64,000 nucleotides of DNA from Terriglobales bacterium (GCA_035518615.1 DATIXL010000138.1:669-64668); one strand, 5' to 3'. Positions 19,585 through 30,051 are shown, counted from the stretch's first letter. Notes: generated by a model not told the origin, from the letters alone. A program made the numbers and translations.

Positions 19585-20010
19585 TCAGGGTTTCTTGGGC
19601 ACTTCGAGTAGTTCGAGCCGGACCTGGGTGACGCCAGAATGAATTAAGCCGATCTTCTGGGCCACACGATAGGATACATCAATTTCGCGCCCTTCTTGAT
19701 AGGGGCCACGGTCATTGATGCGCACAAGTTCAAACTTGCCGTTTCGAGGGTTCACGACCCGGACAATCGAGCCAAAGGGTAGATTGGGATGGGCGGCGGT
19801 CATCGCGTCGCTATCAAAGGTCTCGCCGTCCGCGGTCATTTTACCGTCAAAGCCGGGACCATACCAGCTTGCATTCCCTACCCAGGTTTTGATTGGCATG
19901 ACGGGCGCATTCAAATGGGCCACTAAGGGGGCTTCCATTGCTGGAGCGATCAAAAAGAGCAATGGCACCCATCGGACTGCAGCCCAGATCATGAAGAGTG
20001 GACGTCTCAT
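19585..20010 (-). CDS. rlpA: Septal ring lytic transglycosylase RlpA family (DPBB domain)
   Basis: GNASWYG...TADGE...TAAHPNLPFG...VRINDRGPY...IDVS. Confidence 0.9.
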   Translation of the reverse strand: MRRPLFMIWAAVRWVPLLFLIAPAMEAPLVAHLNAPVMPIKTWVGNASWYGPGFDGKMTADGETFDSDAMTAAHPNLPFGSIVRVVNPRNGKFELVRINDRGPYQEGREIDVSYRVAQKIGLIHSGVTQVRLELLEVPKKP

Positions 20011-20067
20011 AGTGTGTTCATTATGCTACGTAAATCCAAAAAAGTGTAGCAAGAAAACATCATTATG

Positions 20068-21033
20068 TCAACCATTTTCTGCAGAAAATATTGCGCCTAT
20101 CTCATTCACAGTAAACATGTTAGCGTCAAAAAAAGCTCTGTGAACCTGATCCACAAGTCTCTCACTGGCCCGTGGGTCAGTAAAGCTGGCCGTCCCGACC
20201 TGTACGGCAGTAGCGCCTACAAAGAGGTAATTGAGCACGTCCTCTGCCGTCTCCACACCTCCGAGGCCCAAGATCGGTATCTTCACTGCTTTCTTGGACT
20301 CCCAGACGAGGCGAAGTGTAATCGGTTTAATCGCCGGACCTGACAGACCGCCCGTGGGTTTCCCCAAACGTGACTTTCGTGTCCTCCAATCTACGGCCAT
20401 TGCCGGGTATGTATTTGCAATCGTTAAGGCGTCAGCGCCAGCTTCTTCGGCGCACCGGGCAATAAGTCCAATGTCTGTAACAAGAGGAGAGAGTTTGACC
20501 CAAAGCGGCCTCCGGGTACAAGCCTTCCGGGCGTATCCAACGGCACCTGCCGCCTGTTCGGGATCACTTCCGAACTGGACCCCGCCCCTTTTCACATTTG
20601 GGCATGAGATATTGAGTTCGTAGGCGGCGATTCCCTCCGTGTCTTCTAGGATCCGGATGACTTCGGCATAGTCCTCCAGGCAGGATCCGAACACATTGAC
20701 AATGACGGGCACGTCAAATCGCCGCAGTTCGGGCAGTTTTTGCTTGATGAAGGCTTCAACTCCAATGTTCTGGAGGCCGATCGCGTTCAACATTCCGGAC
20801 GGGGTTTCGCAGATGCGGGGTGAAGGCGCCCCTTCCATCGGTTCGCGGGAGAGGCCTTTGGTGACAATGCCGCCCAAACGGGTCAAGTCAACTAGATGGC
20901 AGAACTCGACCCCGTAGCCAAAGGTCCCACTTGCGGCGAGGATAGGATTCCTCAGGCGCAAGGCGCCGAGGTTCACGCTGAGGTCCACGTCGGCCGGAGA
21001 TCGGCCGCGTGAGGAAGCGTCCGCGGAAGTCAC
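20068..21033 (-). CDS. pyrD: Dihydroorotate dehydrogenase (family 1B catalytic subunit)
   Basis: ASGTFGYG, NAIGLQN, ELNISCPNV, VKLSP, GGLSGPAIKP. Confidence 0.95.
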   Translation of the reverse strand: MTSADASSRGRSPADVDLSVNLGALRLRNPILAASGTFGYGVEFCHLVDLTRLGGIVTKGLSREPMEGAPSPRICETPSGMLNAIGLQNIGVEAFIKQKLPELRRFDVPVIVNVFGSCLEDYAEVIRILEDTEGIAAYELNISCPNVKRGGVQFGSDPEQAAGAVGYARKACTRRPLWVKLSPLVTDIGLIARCAEEAGADALTIANTYPAMAVDWRTRKSRLGKPTGGLSGPAIKPITLRLVWESKKAVKIPILGLGGVETAEDVLNYLFVGATAVQVGTASFTDPRASERLVDQVHRAFFDANMFTVNEIGAIFSAENG

Positions 21034-21159
21034 TTCGCGGAGAGCATAGCACGGCGCGCTTTTCCAAGTGACGAAATTCGCTGAACTCCGGCAATGAACG
21101 CTTCGCCGCGCGACCGCCGATTGGCCGCATTTCCTTGCCTTATGTTAGGATTACCGCAC

Positions 21160-21708
21160 ATGCGCATCGTCGAAAAAGCACAGTTGATGTCGGCTTCTGA
21201 AATTGACCGAACTCTGCAGCGCCTTGCACACGAAATTGTCGAGAAGAGCGGAGGAACCAAAAACCTAATCCTCATCGGCATCCGCCGCCGGGGAGCGCCT
21301 CTGGCCCAGCGCATCGCGCAACGCATGCGGGCGATTGACGGGGTGGAAGTTCCCGTGGGCACACTGGACATCACTTTGTATCGGGACGATCTATCGAAAG
21401 TCGCTCCGCAGGCGGTTTTGCAATCATCCGATATCCCCTTTACGGTGGACGGAATGGATCTAGTTCTTGTGGACGATGTGCTCTACACCGGGCGCACCAT
21501 TCGCGCCGCCATGAACGGACTCTTTGATCTCGGGCGGCCCAAGCGCGTCTCCCTCTGCGTCCTGATTGACCGCGGGCACAGAGAAATGCCCATCGAAGCC
21601 CAGTACGTTGGCCGAAATGTGCAGACCAGCAATACTGAAATCATCGAAGTGCGGCTCCATGAAATTGACGAGGAAGAACGCGTCATGCTCGTGGACCGCG
21701 TCGAATAG
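21160..21708 (+). CDS. pyrR: Bifunctional pyrimidine regulator / uracil phosphoribosyltransferase
   Basis: LDITLYRDD, VLVDDVLYTGRTIRAA, DRGHREMPI. Confidence 0.95.
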   Translation: MRIVEKAQLMSASEIDRTLQRLAHEIVEKSGGTKNLILIGIRRRGAPLAQRIAQRMRAIDGVEVPVGTLDITLYRDDLSKVAPQAVLQSSDIPFTVDGMDLVLVDDVLYTGRTIRAAMNGLFDLGRPKRVSLCVLIDRGHREMPIEAQYVGRNVQTSNTEIIEVRLHEIDEEERVMLVDRVE

Positions 21709-21746
21709 GAGCGTTATTTTCTAAGAGTGTCTCTCAGGACTGAGAT

Positions 21747-22739
21747 GTGACTCACCGCTTGCGCGATCTGCTTGCCCTTGAACCGCTTTCCGCGGACGAA
21801 CTCACTTTTCTTTTGGACCAGAGCAAGCCTTTTCAGGAAATTCAGCGCCACCCGCTTAAAAAGCTTGCCACACTTCGCGGCAAGACGGTTGCCCTTGCCT
21901 TCTTCGAAACTTCCACAAGGACACGCATCAGCTTCGGCACCGCTGCCTCAAGGTTGGGTGCGGACCAGATGAACCTTCAGGCCGAGGCCTCGAGCCTTAA
22001 GAAGGGAGAAACCCTGCTGGATACGGCGTTCAACCTAAATGCCATGAAGCCGGACTGCCTGGTAATGCGCCACGCAGCTTCCGGTGCTCCGGCGTATGTC
22101 GCGCGGCATTTGGACATTCCCGTGGTGAACGCGGGAGACGGCACGCACGAACATCCTTCGCAAGGTCTGCTTGACGCCCTGACGATCCGCGATCGGCGGG
22201 GAACAATCGAGAACTTGAACGTCACGATCCTGGGCGACATCCTGCACAGCCGGGTCGCTCGTTCAAACATCCATCTCTTGGGAAAATTCGGCTGCCGATT
22301 CACTCTCTGCGGTCCCGCCATGTGGGTACCCCGCGAACTGGAGCGCATCACTCCCGGTACGTCCATCCGCTGCGTTTACCGCATCGAAGAGGCCCTCGAA
22401 GACGCCGACGTGATTCTCATGCTGCGGGTGCAGACCGAGCGCCTACACGAGCCGGCGCTTTCCCCCAACGACTATATCCAGCTTTACCAGTTGCATTCCG
22501 AACGGCTCCGCCTTGCCAAGCCGGACGCGATCGTTCTGCATCCCGGCCCCATGAATCGCGGCATTGAGATCACCCCTGAAGTTGCGGACGGGCCGCAGTC
22601 CTGCGTTCTCGAGCAGGTCACCAACGGAGTCGCCGTCCGCATGGCCATCCTTTATCTGTTGGTCACCGGAGCTGCGGAAGACGGTACCCATCCCGCTCTG
22701 GAAGGAAAACCCAAGGAATCCGCTCATGCTACTGATTAG
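21747..22739 (+). CDS. pyrB: Aspartate carbamoyltransferase catalytic subunit
   Basis: FFETSTRTR, HEHPSQGLLD, LHPGPMNRG. Confidence 0.96.
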   Translation: MTHRLRDLLALEPLSADELTFLLDQSKPFQEIQRHPLKKLATLRGKTVALAFFETSTRTRISFGTAASRLGADQMNLQAEASSLKKGETLLDTAFNLNAMKPDCLVMRHAASGAPAYVARHLDIPVVNAGDGTHEHPSQGLLDALTIRDRRGTIENLNVTILGDILHSRVARSNIHLLGKFGCRFTLCGPAMWVPRELERITPGTSIRCVYRIEEALEDADVILMLRVQTERLHEPALSPNDYIQLYQLHSERLRLAKPDAIVLHPGPMNRGIEITPEVADGPQSCVLEQVTNGVAVRMAILYLLVTGAAEDGTHPALEGKPKESAHATD

Positions 22740-24000
22740 GAACGGCCGCGTTCTAGACCCTGCCTCGGCAACTGACGCGCCGCTGGACATTCGTCTCGAA
22801 GGCGACACGATTCGCGAAGTCGCTTCTCCTGGAAAACTTGCTGCTTCCGAGAACGCCCAGGTTCTTGACGCTTCGGGCCTTATCGTCGCTCCCGGATTCA
22901 TTGACCTGCACGCCCATCTTCGCGAACCGGGGCAGGAATCCTCGGAAACGATCGAGACGGGATCGCGTGCCGCGGCGCGCGGCGGTTTCACTGCCGTCTG
23001 CTGCATGCCCAATACCAAGCCGGTGCACGACAACGCCTCCATTACGCGCTTCATCTTGGACAAGGCGCGCAGCTCCGCGAGCACGCGCGTTTGGCCCATC
23101 GGTGCCGCCAGCGTCGGCAGCCAAGGTGAGGCGATTGCGGAAATCGCGGGAATGAAAGAGGCTGGGATCGTGGCGGTATCGGACGATGGAAAACCGATCG
23201 CACCCGCGCGGCTCGCCCGGCAAGTGATGGATTATTGTCGTTCACTCGACCTTCCGGTGATCGAGCACGCCGAAGATGTGTCGCTTGCCGCAGGCGCTGT
23301 GATGCGTGAAGGCGTCGCTTCAACGCGCCTGGGGCTACGCGGCATGCCCGCAGAGGCCGAGTCGGTGTGTGTTGCCCGTGACGTCCAACTCGCCGCATTG
23401 ACCGGGGCCCGCGTGCACATTGCGCATCTCTCCGCAACGGCTTCGCTTGTACAGGTGCGCTGGGCAAAATCGCAAGGATTGCGCGTTTCGTGCGAAGTGA
23501 CTCCGCACCATTTCACGCTGATTGACGAAGACGTTCAATACGACTCTCGCTATAAAATGAATCCGCCGTTGGCATCGCGAGAAGACCGCGAAGAGCTCCT
23601 TGCGGGTCTCGCGGACGGCGCTGTGGACGCGATCGCCACAGATCACGCGCCTCACGAGCCGGCGCTGAAGGACGTCGAATTCGACCGCGCCCCTTTCGGC
23701 ATCCTCGGCTTTGAAACCGCTCTTGGGCTTGCGCTCGAAAAGCTTGTGCACTCCGGCCGAATCAGCTTGATGCGCATGGTCGAACTCTTCACCACGGGCC
23801 CCGCTCGAGTCCTGGGCATCGAAAGGAAGATCGCCCCCGGCCAGCCTGCTGATCTTACGCTTTTTTCGGTAGATCACGGCTGGACTTACTCCACGAAGGA
23901 GTCACCGAGCAAGTCCCGCAACTCGCCCTTTGACGGCCATTCGTTCCGCGGCGGGCCCATGGCCACCATCGTAGCGGGCCGCGTGGTTTTCAAACGGTAA
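22726..24000 (+). CDS. pyrC: Dihydroorotase
   Basis: PGFIDLHAHLREPG, CMPNT, ATDHAPH. Confidence 0.95.
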   Translation: MLLIRNGRVLDPASATDAPLDIRLEGDTIREVASPGKLAASENAQVLDASGLIVAPGFIDLHAHLREPGQESSETIETGSRAAARGGFTAVCCMPNTKPVHDNASITRFILDKARSSASTRVWPIGAASVGSQGEAIAEIAGMKEAGIVAVSDDGKPIAPARLARQVMDYCRSLDLPVIEHAEDVSLAAGAVMREGVASTRLGLRGMPAEAESVCVARDVQLAALTGARVHIAHLSATASLVQVRWAKSQGLRVSCEVTPHHFTLIDEDVQYDSRYKMNPPLASREDREELLAGLADGAVDAIATDHAPHEPALKDVEFDRAPFGILGFETALGLALEKLVHSGRISLMRMVELFTTGPARVLGIERKIAPGQPADLTLFSVDHGWTYSTKESPSKSRNSPFDGHSFRGGPMATIVAGRVVFKR

Positions 24001-24093
24001 CTAACCGTCTCGCACCAGCATTATCACTGGCCCATCTGCAAGGCGTCTTTTCATTTTAGGATCTATCCAAAGGGCGGTACGCCCGGATTGCCT

Positions 24094-26040
24094 ATGTTCC
24101 ATCGAATTCATTTCGCTTCCGCGGGACTTCTGTGTCTGTTGGGGCTGCTCTCCTGCTTGGCCGCGCCTGCTCAGACCGAGCGCATTCTCTCCTATCACAG
24201 CGACATCACCGTGCAGGACGACGCTTCGATGAGTGTGACCGAAACGATCCAGGTTCTGAGCAACGGAATTCAGATTCGGCACGGAATCTATCGCGATTTC
24301 CCAACGCGCTACACAGACCGGCTCGGGAACCGCTACGTTGTCGGCTTTACTTTTCTCGGTGCCACGCGAGACGGCTCGCCTGAGGAATACCGAGTGGAAG
24401 ATCTCAGCAACGGCAAGCGCATCTACCTGGGAAGCCCGTCCGTTATGATTCCACCCGGAGACCACACCTACACGCTTAGGTACACGACCGATCGGCAGCT
24501 TGGCTTCTTCAAGGACCATGACGAACTGTTTTGGAACGTCACCGGGAACGGCTGGATCTTTCCGATCATCCGCGCTTCCGCCACGGTCCATCTGCCAGAT
24601 AGGGTTCCCCTGAGTGAGGTACAACTGGGAGGGTTCACGGGGCCACAGGGTTCGCTGGAAAAATCACTGACGACAGGCAAGGACTCCGAGGGCGCTTTCC
24701 ATTTTGTCACATTGCGGTCCCTGGGATCGCATGAGGGTCTCACGATCCTCCTTAGCTTTCCAAAAGGATTTTTCGCTGCTCCGACGCGACAACAGGAATT
24801 TCAATACTTTCTTCGGGACAATCGTGAGGCCGCACTTGCGGGTGGCGGACTCCTGGTGTTGCTTCTCTATTACTATCTGGTCTGGTCCGCAGTAGGGCGG
24901 GACCCCGCTCGTGGCGTGATCATGCCGCTTTATGAGCCCCCCTCCGGCTTTTCACCCGCGGCCACGCGTTATCTGGTCCACATGGGCTATGACAACAAAA
25001 CGTTTGCCGCGGCGATCCTGGATATGGCCGTGCGTGGCTACCTGACCATCGCTGAGCAGGCAGGTTCTTACACACTCTATCGCACGAAGGCCGACGACCG
25101 GGTTCTCACTCCCGACGAAAAGGAAATTGCCAGCGCGCTCTTCGATGGGCGCAACGAAATCTGGTTGCACAACGAAAACCATCTGACGATCAGTTCGGCG
25201 ATCAAACATCTGCGAGTCTGGCTCAAGTCCGCCGAGCAGCAAACCTATTTCCTCACTAACGGCAAGTACTCAATCCCCGCAATTGTGTTTTCCGTTGTCT
25301 TTCTATTCGGCATCGTGGCAATGCAAGGCGGCCCCAAAATCTTCATTGCCGCTTTCCTGTGCGTTTGGCTGAGCATTTGGAGCCTGGCGGTTGCCGGTTT
25401 GCTCGCCGGGACCTTCCAACTCTGGAAAGCCGTGTTGAGCGGCAGCTCCCCGGGTGCGGGCAGTTTGGCCAAGGCCATAATGGGCAGCGTGGCTTCTGTG
25501 CCTTTCCTGGCGGGGGAATGTCTTGGAATTTTCATGCTCACGAAGGCCACTTCGATCACGATCTCCATCATTCTCTTGCTCGCCGTTTTCATCCATATTC
25601 TGTTTCATTTTCTTCTGAAGGCGCCGACGCGAGCGGGCCGCGCGGTTCTGGACCGCATCGAAGGATTCAAGATGTTTCTTGGCGCGGTGGACGGCGATCG
25701 GCTCAATCACATTATGCCGCCGGAGAAAACTCCAGCCGTCTTTGAGAAGTTTCTCCCCTACGCTTTGGCACTTGGCGTCGAACAAAAGTGGGCGGAAAAC
25801 TTTTCGGGCGTGCTGGGCGCGGCGAACAACGCTCCGGGCTCTTCGTCCTCACCCGGCTACTCGCCGTCTTGGTACTCCGGCCCTGGTTGGACCACATTGG
25901 GTGCGGCTGGCTTTGCCAGTTCCCTGGGAGGCTCGTTCTCCAGCGCAATTTCCTCTTCTGCCGCGGCGCCGGGTTCAAGCGGCGGAGGCGGGGGTGGTTC
26001 CGGCGGAGGGGGCGGCGGCGGAGGCGGGGGTGGCTGGTAG
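24094..26040 (+). CDS. DUF2207 family membrane protein
   Basis: HGIYRDFP, ELFWNVTGNGW, FEKFLPYALALGV, Gly-rich C-terminus ending GGGGW. Confidence 0.92.
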   Translation: MFHRIHFASAGLLCLLGLLSCLAAPAQTERILSYHSDITVQDDASMSVTETIQVLSNGIQIRHGIYRDFPTRYTDRLGNRYVVGFTFLGATRDGSPEEYRVEDLSNGKRIYLGSPSVMIPPGDHTYTLRYTTDRQLGFFKDHDELFWNVTGNGWIFPIIRASATVHLPDRVPLSEVQLGGFTGPQGSLEKSLTTGKDSEGAFHFVTLRSLGSHEGLTILLSFPKGFFAAPTRQQEFQYFLRDNREAALAGGGLLVLLLYYYLVWSAVGRDPARGVIMPLYEPPSGFSPAATRYLVHMGYDNKTFAAAILDMAVRGYLTIAEQAGSYTLYRTKADDRVLTPDEKEIASALFDGRNEIWLHNENHLTISSAIKHLRVWLKSAEQQTYFLTNGKYSIPAIVFSVVFLFGIVAMQGGPKIFIAAFLCVWLSIWSLAVAGLLAGTFQLWKAVLSGSSPGAGSLAKAIMGSVASVPFLAGECLGIFMLTKATSITISIILLLAVFIHILFHFLLKAPTRAGRAVLDRIEGFKMFLGAVDGDRLNHIMPPEKTPAVFEKFLPYALALGVEQKWAENFSGVLGAANNAPGSSSSPGYSPSWYSGPGWTTLGAAGFASSLGGSFSSAISSSAAAPGSSGGGGGGSGGGGGGGGGGGW

Positions 26041-26057
26041 CCCGATTTGATATTTGA

Positions 26058-26936
26058 TCAGTGCGCAGGAGGCTCTGCGGCAGGGTGCATGCCGTGCTGC
26101 GGAACTTCGTGAACTCCCCGAGCAGGCGGTTCAATCCTCTGACGGTAGAAATGGTCGAGGGGGATGCGTCCCTTGCCGATGGGATAACCCTTCTCGATTG
26201 CCTTTGTGACATAAGCTTTCGCCAGAGTGGCCGCTTCCACAAGCGATCTGCCGGAAGCAAGCTGAGCTGTAAGCGCGGACGCGAAAGTACATCCTGTTCC
26301 GTGGGTATTGTCTGATTTCACGCGGTCGCCGCCGAGCTGAATCAATTCATTTCCATCAAAAAGCACATCCACCGCACGATCCATGTGGCCGCCCTTCACG
26401 ATCACGGCGGGCGCGCCCATTTCGAATATCTTCTTTGCGGCGGCCTCCATGTCCGCCACCTCCTTGATGGTCAATCCAGTCAAGATTTCGGCTTCGGGAA
26501 TATTCGGCGTGAGCACGATTGAGCGCTTCAATAATTCCGTCGCCAGATATTTGATTCCTGACGCGTCAAGGAGTTCCGTTCCGCTTGACGATTTCATGAC
26601 CGGATCGTGGACCACGTGCAAAAATTTGTGCGCCTCCAGAAATTCCCCCACGACCGCGGCGTTTCCCCTGTTTCCGAGCATGCCGATTTTCACTGCGGCG
26701 ATGTCGCAATCTTTTGCCAGAACTTCCAGCTGCCCCCGCAATTCCGCGCTCGGTAGATTGTGAACCGCCTCAACGCCTTGGGTGTTTTGGGCTGTCAGCG
26801 AGGTGATCGCCGCAACGCCGTAGCAGCCGTGCGCCGCAAACGTTTTTAGGTCCGCAACAGTTCCCGCGCCGCAACTCGGATCGAACCCGGCAATGCTGAG
26901 AAGGATCGGCGGCGCAGCGTGCCCGTTCGTGCTCAT
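26058..26936 (-). CDS. thiD: Hydroxymethylpyrimidine/phosphomethylpyrimidine kinase
   Basis: IAGFDPSCGAG..ADLKTF, VKIGML, LTPNIPEA, NTHGTGCT. Confidence 0.92.
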   Translation of the reverse strand: MSTNGHAAPPILLSIAGFDPSCGAGTVADLKTFAAHGCYGVAAITSLTAQNTQGVEAVHNLPSAELRGQLEVLAKDCDIAAVKIGMLGNRGNAAVVGEFLEAHKFLHVVHDPVMKSSSGTELLDASGIKYLATELLKRSIVLTPNIPEAEILTGLTIKEVADMEAAAKKIFEMGAPAVIVKGGHMDRAVDVLFDGNELIQLGGDRVKSDNTHGTGCTFASALTAQLASGRSLVEAATLAKAYVTKAIEKGYPIGKGRIPLDHFYRQRIEPPARGVHEVPQHGMHPAAEPPAH

Positions 26937-27127
26937 GGTTCTCCCGTTCGTCCTTGCCGAAGAGAAAATTGCCGGCCGCTTCTACTGGACTCCATGCTTT
27001 CTGGAGAGTCACAACGAAGCGCACCGGCAATTGCGAATGTACGCGCGTTTGTTTCTTTCGCGCAAGAGAAAATTTGTTGATGTAGGGGCAGCGGTCGATC
27101 GGTGGTCGGGGGGAACAGGCTCCCGCT

Positions 27128-28750
27128 TCAATACGCCGATTCAAACGCGCGGAACCTGCGTTCCAGTTCCCATTCTTCGCGCGCTTTTTCGCTGGAGGCG
27201 AGAAAGCTGGCACAGGTCCTTGACGGGCTTTCCGAACCAAGTGTGTCGCGCGAGCAGGCACTCCCGGCTAGCGCGAAATCGTCTTCCTTAGCCCACACGT
27301 TCTGTCCGTTGAGGAATGCGTGCTCGAGCCCTGTGCGTGCGAGGTTTTTCAGGTCCGCGTAACTTAAATCGTAAGTTTCCGCAGCGCGCACATATTCGTG
27401 AGTCAGATCAATGCGCGACACACCTTCATCGTCCGTGGACAGCGCCACGGGAACGCCGAATTTCCTGTAGATCGGAAACGGATGATCGTCTCCCTTCAAG
27501 CCGAGAATGACCTCGTTGCTTGTGAGATTGATCTCCACCATTACGTGCTTCTTCGCCATCTCATTCAGTAGTTCATAAGGCCGGTCTTCGTGCATGATGT
27601 CCACGCCGTGACCGATCCGTTCGGCGCCCGCTTCAACGGCCAGCCGAATGTGGCAGCACAATCCGTCGAGCGGCACCAATCCGTAAGCCAACTCCCCCGC
27701 GTGCAAGGTGATATGCACTTTTGGATACGCGCCATGCAGGTATTTAACCATTTTCATCTGCACTGCGTAGTCGCGCATCGAGACGTACCCGTCCTCCGGC
27801 ATCACGAAATTGATTCCCACAACAAGATCCGGGGCGGCGGACGCAGTTTCGAATCCTAAAAGCGTCTGGGCAAACACCTGCTCCTTGGGAAATCCCCGAA
27901 GAACTTGGTAGATGAAGCGAATTTCTACCCTGCAAGCCGCCGCTGCATCCGGCTCGCTGCAATGCTCCAATTTTCGGCGGACGACTTCGGCTCCCTGAAA
28001 GTGTCGCAGCGCGACCGGCACGTCTTCCCGCAGTCCATCCTGAAGAAGCGCCACTCGCAATTCCCGCAGGTCGTCCTTCCAGCCGATTTTCTTTGCAAGT
28101 TGCGCCGTGTGACTGAAGTCCGGTGTGTCCATCAATTCCAGATATTGCTCGTTCTGAGAGGCCGCGCGCGTGGCCACTTCGTCAAGCCATTCCCCGCCGT
28201 GGTTCGGGTTTGTGGCGAGAAACTTTGCGAACGCATCAAAAAAATGATCGTGAGCACTGACGCCGGCGGAGGGAACAAATGCGCGCATGGAGAACGCGTC
28301 CACCAGAGCATCGTAGAGATGTTGATCCGCAAAAGCTTCTTCCGCGGGCACCCTTCCATCGCCGCACTCGGGAGCCGCCCCATCAGCCTCACGCGAGACT
28401 GGCGGTTTCACAAAAGCCAGCTTTGCAAGGTCAACGCAGAGTTTGTCTTCCGCGCCATCGCGAATAAACGTTTCCGCATAAACTCCGCCGACAAGATGAT
28501 AGTGAAGATCGGCTCCCTTGGGGAAGCCGTAAAGAAACGCGCGCAATTCGAGTGGATTTTCTCGCGCCGCGTCGAACGCTCTGGCGGTACGTTGTTCTTT
28601 TGCTCGCGCGGAATTGGAAGGCTGTTGGCCGCGCACGGCTGGAGCGAGTTGCAGAAGGAGAACGAAAACACCGCCTCTTGCCAATCGCACAGTGCGGCGC
28701 GTTCCCATCCAGAAGGGTTTTGATTTCGTCTGGATTACTCCGCTCACCAT
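27128..28750 (-). CDS. Adenosine deaminase family protein with N-terminal signal-like segment
   Basis: KGADLHYHL, TLHAGE, RIGHG, STDDEG. ATG overlaps the gdh stop (TGATG). Confidence 0.9.
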   Translation of the reverse strand: MVSGVIQTKSKPFWMGTRRTVRLARGGVFVLLLQLAPAVRGQQPSNSARAKEQRTARAFDAARENPLELRAFLYGFPKGADLHYHLVGGVYAETFIRDGAEDKLCVDLAKLAFVKPPVSREADGAAPECGDGRVPAEEAFADQHLYDALVDAFSMRAFVPSAGVSAHDHFFDAFAKFLATNPNHGGEWLDEVATRAASQNEQYLELMDTPDFSHTAQLAKKIGWKDDLRELRVALLQDGLREDVPVALRHFQGAEVVRRKLEHCSEPDAAAACRVEIRFIYQVLRGFPKEQVFAQTLLGFETASAAPDLVVGINFVMPEDGYVSMRDYAVQMKMVKYLHGAYPKVHITLHAGELAYGLVPLDGLCCHIRLAVEAGAERIGHGVDIMHEDRPYELLNEMAKKHVMVEINLTSNEVILGLKGDDHPFPIYRKFGVPVALSTDDEGVSRIDLTHEYVRAAETYDLSYADLKNLARTGLEHAFLNGQNVWAKEDDFALAGSACSRDTLGSESPSRTCASFLASSEKAREEWELERRFRAFESAY

Positions 28751-30051
28751 CAGGGGAAAAGGCCTCGAACCAGCGTGGCTTCCGCCACACGTCCGACAGC
28801 AAGGATCATCGCTCCCGCGCGCGGCGGCACATGGTATTTCCGCATGGTGTCCACCATTTCATTAAAGCCGCGCACCATGATCTTTTGCAGCCGCTGATTC
28901 ACTTCCTCGGAATCCCACAGCAGCCCCTCCTGGTTCTGTACCCACTCGAAGTAGCTCACCGTCACGCCGCCGGAATTTGCCAGAATATCGGGGAGCACAG
29001 TAATCCCTCGCCGCGCAAGGATCTCATCGGCGTGGGGCGTAGTCGGACCGTTGGCGGCTTCCGCGACGATTCGTGCTTTCACCGCTTCCGCATTATTTAG
29101 GGTAATAACATTTTCCAGCGCGGCAGGCACCAGAATGTCACACTTCATGGTCAAGAGCTCGTCGTTGGAAATGCGGGAAGCGCCCGGCATTCCCACCACG
29201 GTCCCGGAACGTTCCTTGTATCGGATGGCTTTGAGTGGATCAATTCCTCGCGAATTCGTCACGCCGCCGCGCGTGTCGCTCAGCGCAATGATTTTCGCCT
29301 TCTTTTCCGCGAACAGCCGGGCTGCCGTGGCACCCGCATTGCCAAAACCTTGAATCGCAACCGTCGCTCCACGCAGCGGAATTTTCTTCACTCGGCAGGC
29401 TTCTTCCACAACGAAGACGAGGCCTCTCGCTGTTGCTTCCGCTCGCCCCACCGATCCGCCGATCGAAATTGGTTTGCCGGTCACCACTCCCGGCACCGTG
29501 TGTCCTACCATCATGGAATATGTATCCATGATCCACGCCATGGTCTGGGAGTCCGTGTAAACATCCGGCGCGGGGATGTCTTGGTCCGGCCCGATGACCG
29601 GAAGAATCTCGCTTGCGAACCGCCGGGTCATGCGTTCCAGTTCGTTCTTGGACATGCGCTTCGGATCGCAGATGATTCCGCCCTTGGCGCCGCCGAACGG
29701 GACGTTTACCACTGCCGTCTTCCACGTCATCCACGCCGCCAGCGCCTTCACCTCATCCAGGGTCACATTCGGATGGTACCGAATGCCTCCCTTGCCAGGT
29801 CCGCGGGAAATATTGTGCTGCACCCTGAACCCCGTCAGGACCTTGATCTGGCCGTTGTCCATTTTTGTCGGCAGGGAAACTTCCAGTACGCGCTTGGGAG
29901 TGCGCAACACCTGCCGCAAGCCCGGATCAAGCTTCAAGAGTTCTGCCGCCATGTCGAACTGAATCTGTGCAATCCGGAATGGATTGAGGTCTTCACGCGG
30001 GGCGATCCGCGGCACCAAGGGAGGGGGTGTGGGCTTCACGACCGTGGCCAT
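28750..30051 (-). CDS. gdhA: Glu/Leu/Phe/Val dehydrogenase (glutamate dehydrogenase)
   Basis: KGGIRYHP, FGGAKGG, DIPAPD, IQGFGNAG, EAANGP, GGVTVSYFEWVQN. Confidence 0.93.
   Translation of the reverse strand: MATVVKPTPPPLVPRIAPREDLNPFRIAQIQFDMAAELLKLDPGLRQVLRTPKRVLEVSLPTKMDNGQIKVLTGFRVQHNISRGPGKGGIRYHPNVTLDEVKALAAWMTWKTAVVNVPFGGAKGGIICDPKRMSKNELERMTRRFASEILPVIGPDQDIPAPDVYTDSQTMAWIMDTYSMMVGHTVPGVVTGKPISIGGSVGRAEATARGLVFVVEEACRVKKIPLRGATVAIQGFGNAGATAARLFAEKKAKIIALSDTRGGVTNSRGIDPLKAIRYKERSGTVVGMPGASRISNDELLTMKCDILVPAALENVITLNNAEAVKARIVAEAANGPTTPHADEILARRGITVLPDILANSGGVTVSYFEWVQNQEGLLWDSEEVNQRLQKIMVRGFNEMVDTMRKYHVPPRAGAMILAVGRVAEATLVRGLFP

Noticed and set aside
26937-27127. TPP riboswitch upstream of thiD
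   Set aside because: No CTGAGA / CCTGA..AAT..AGCGTAGGGA core on the minus strand.
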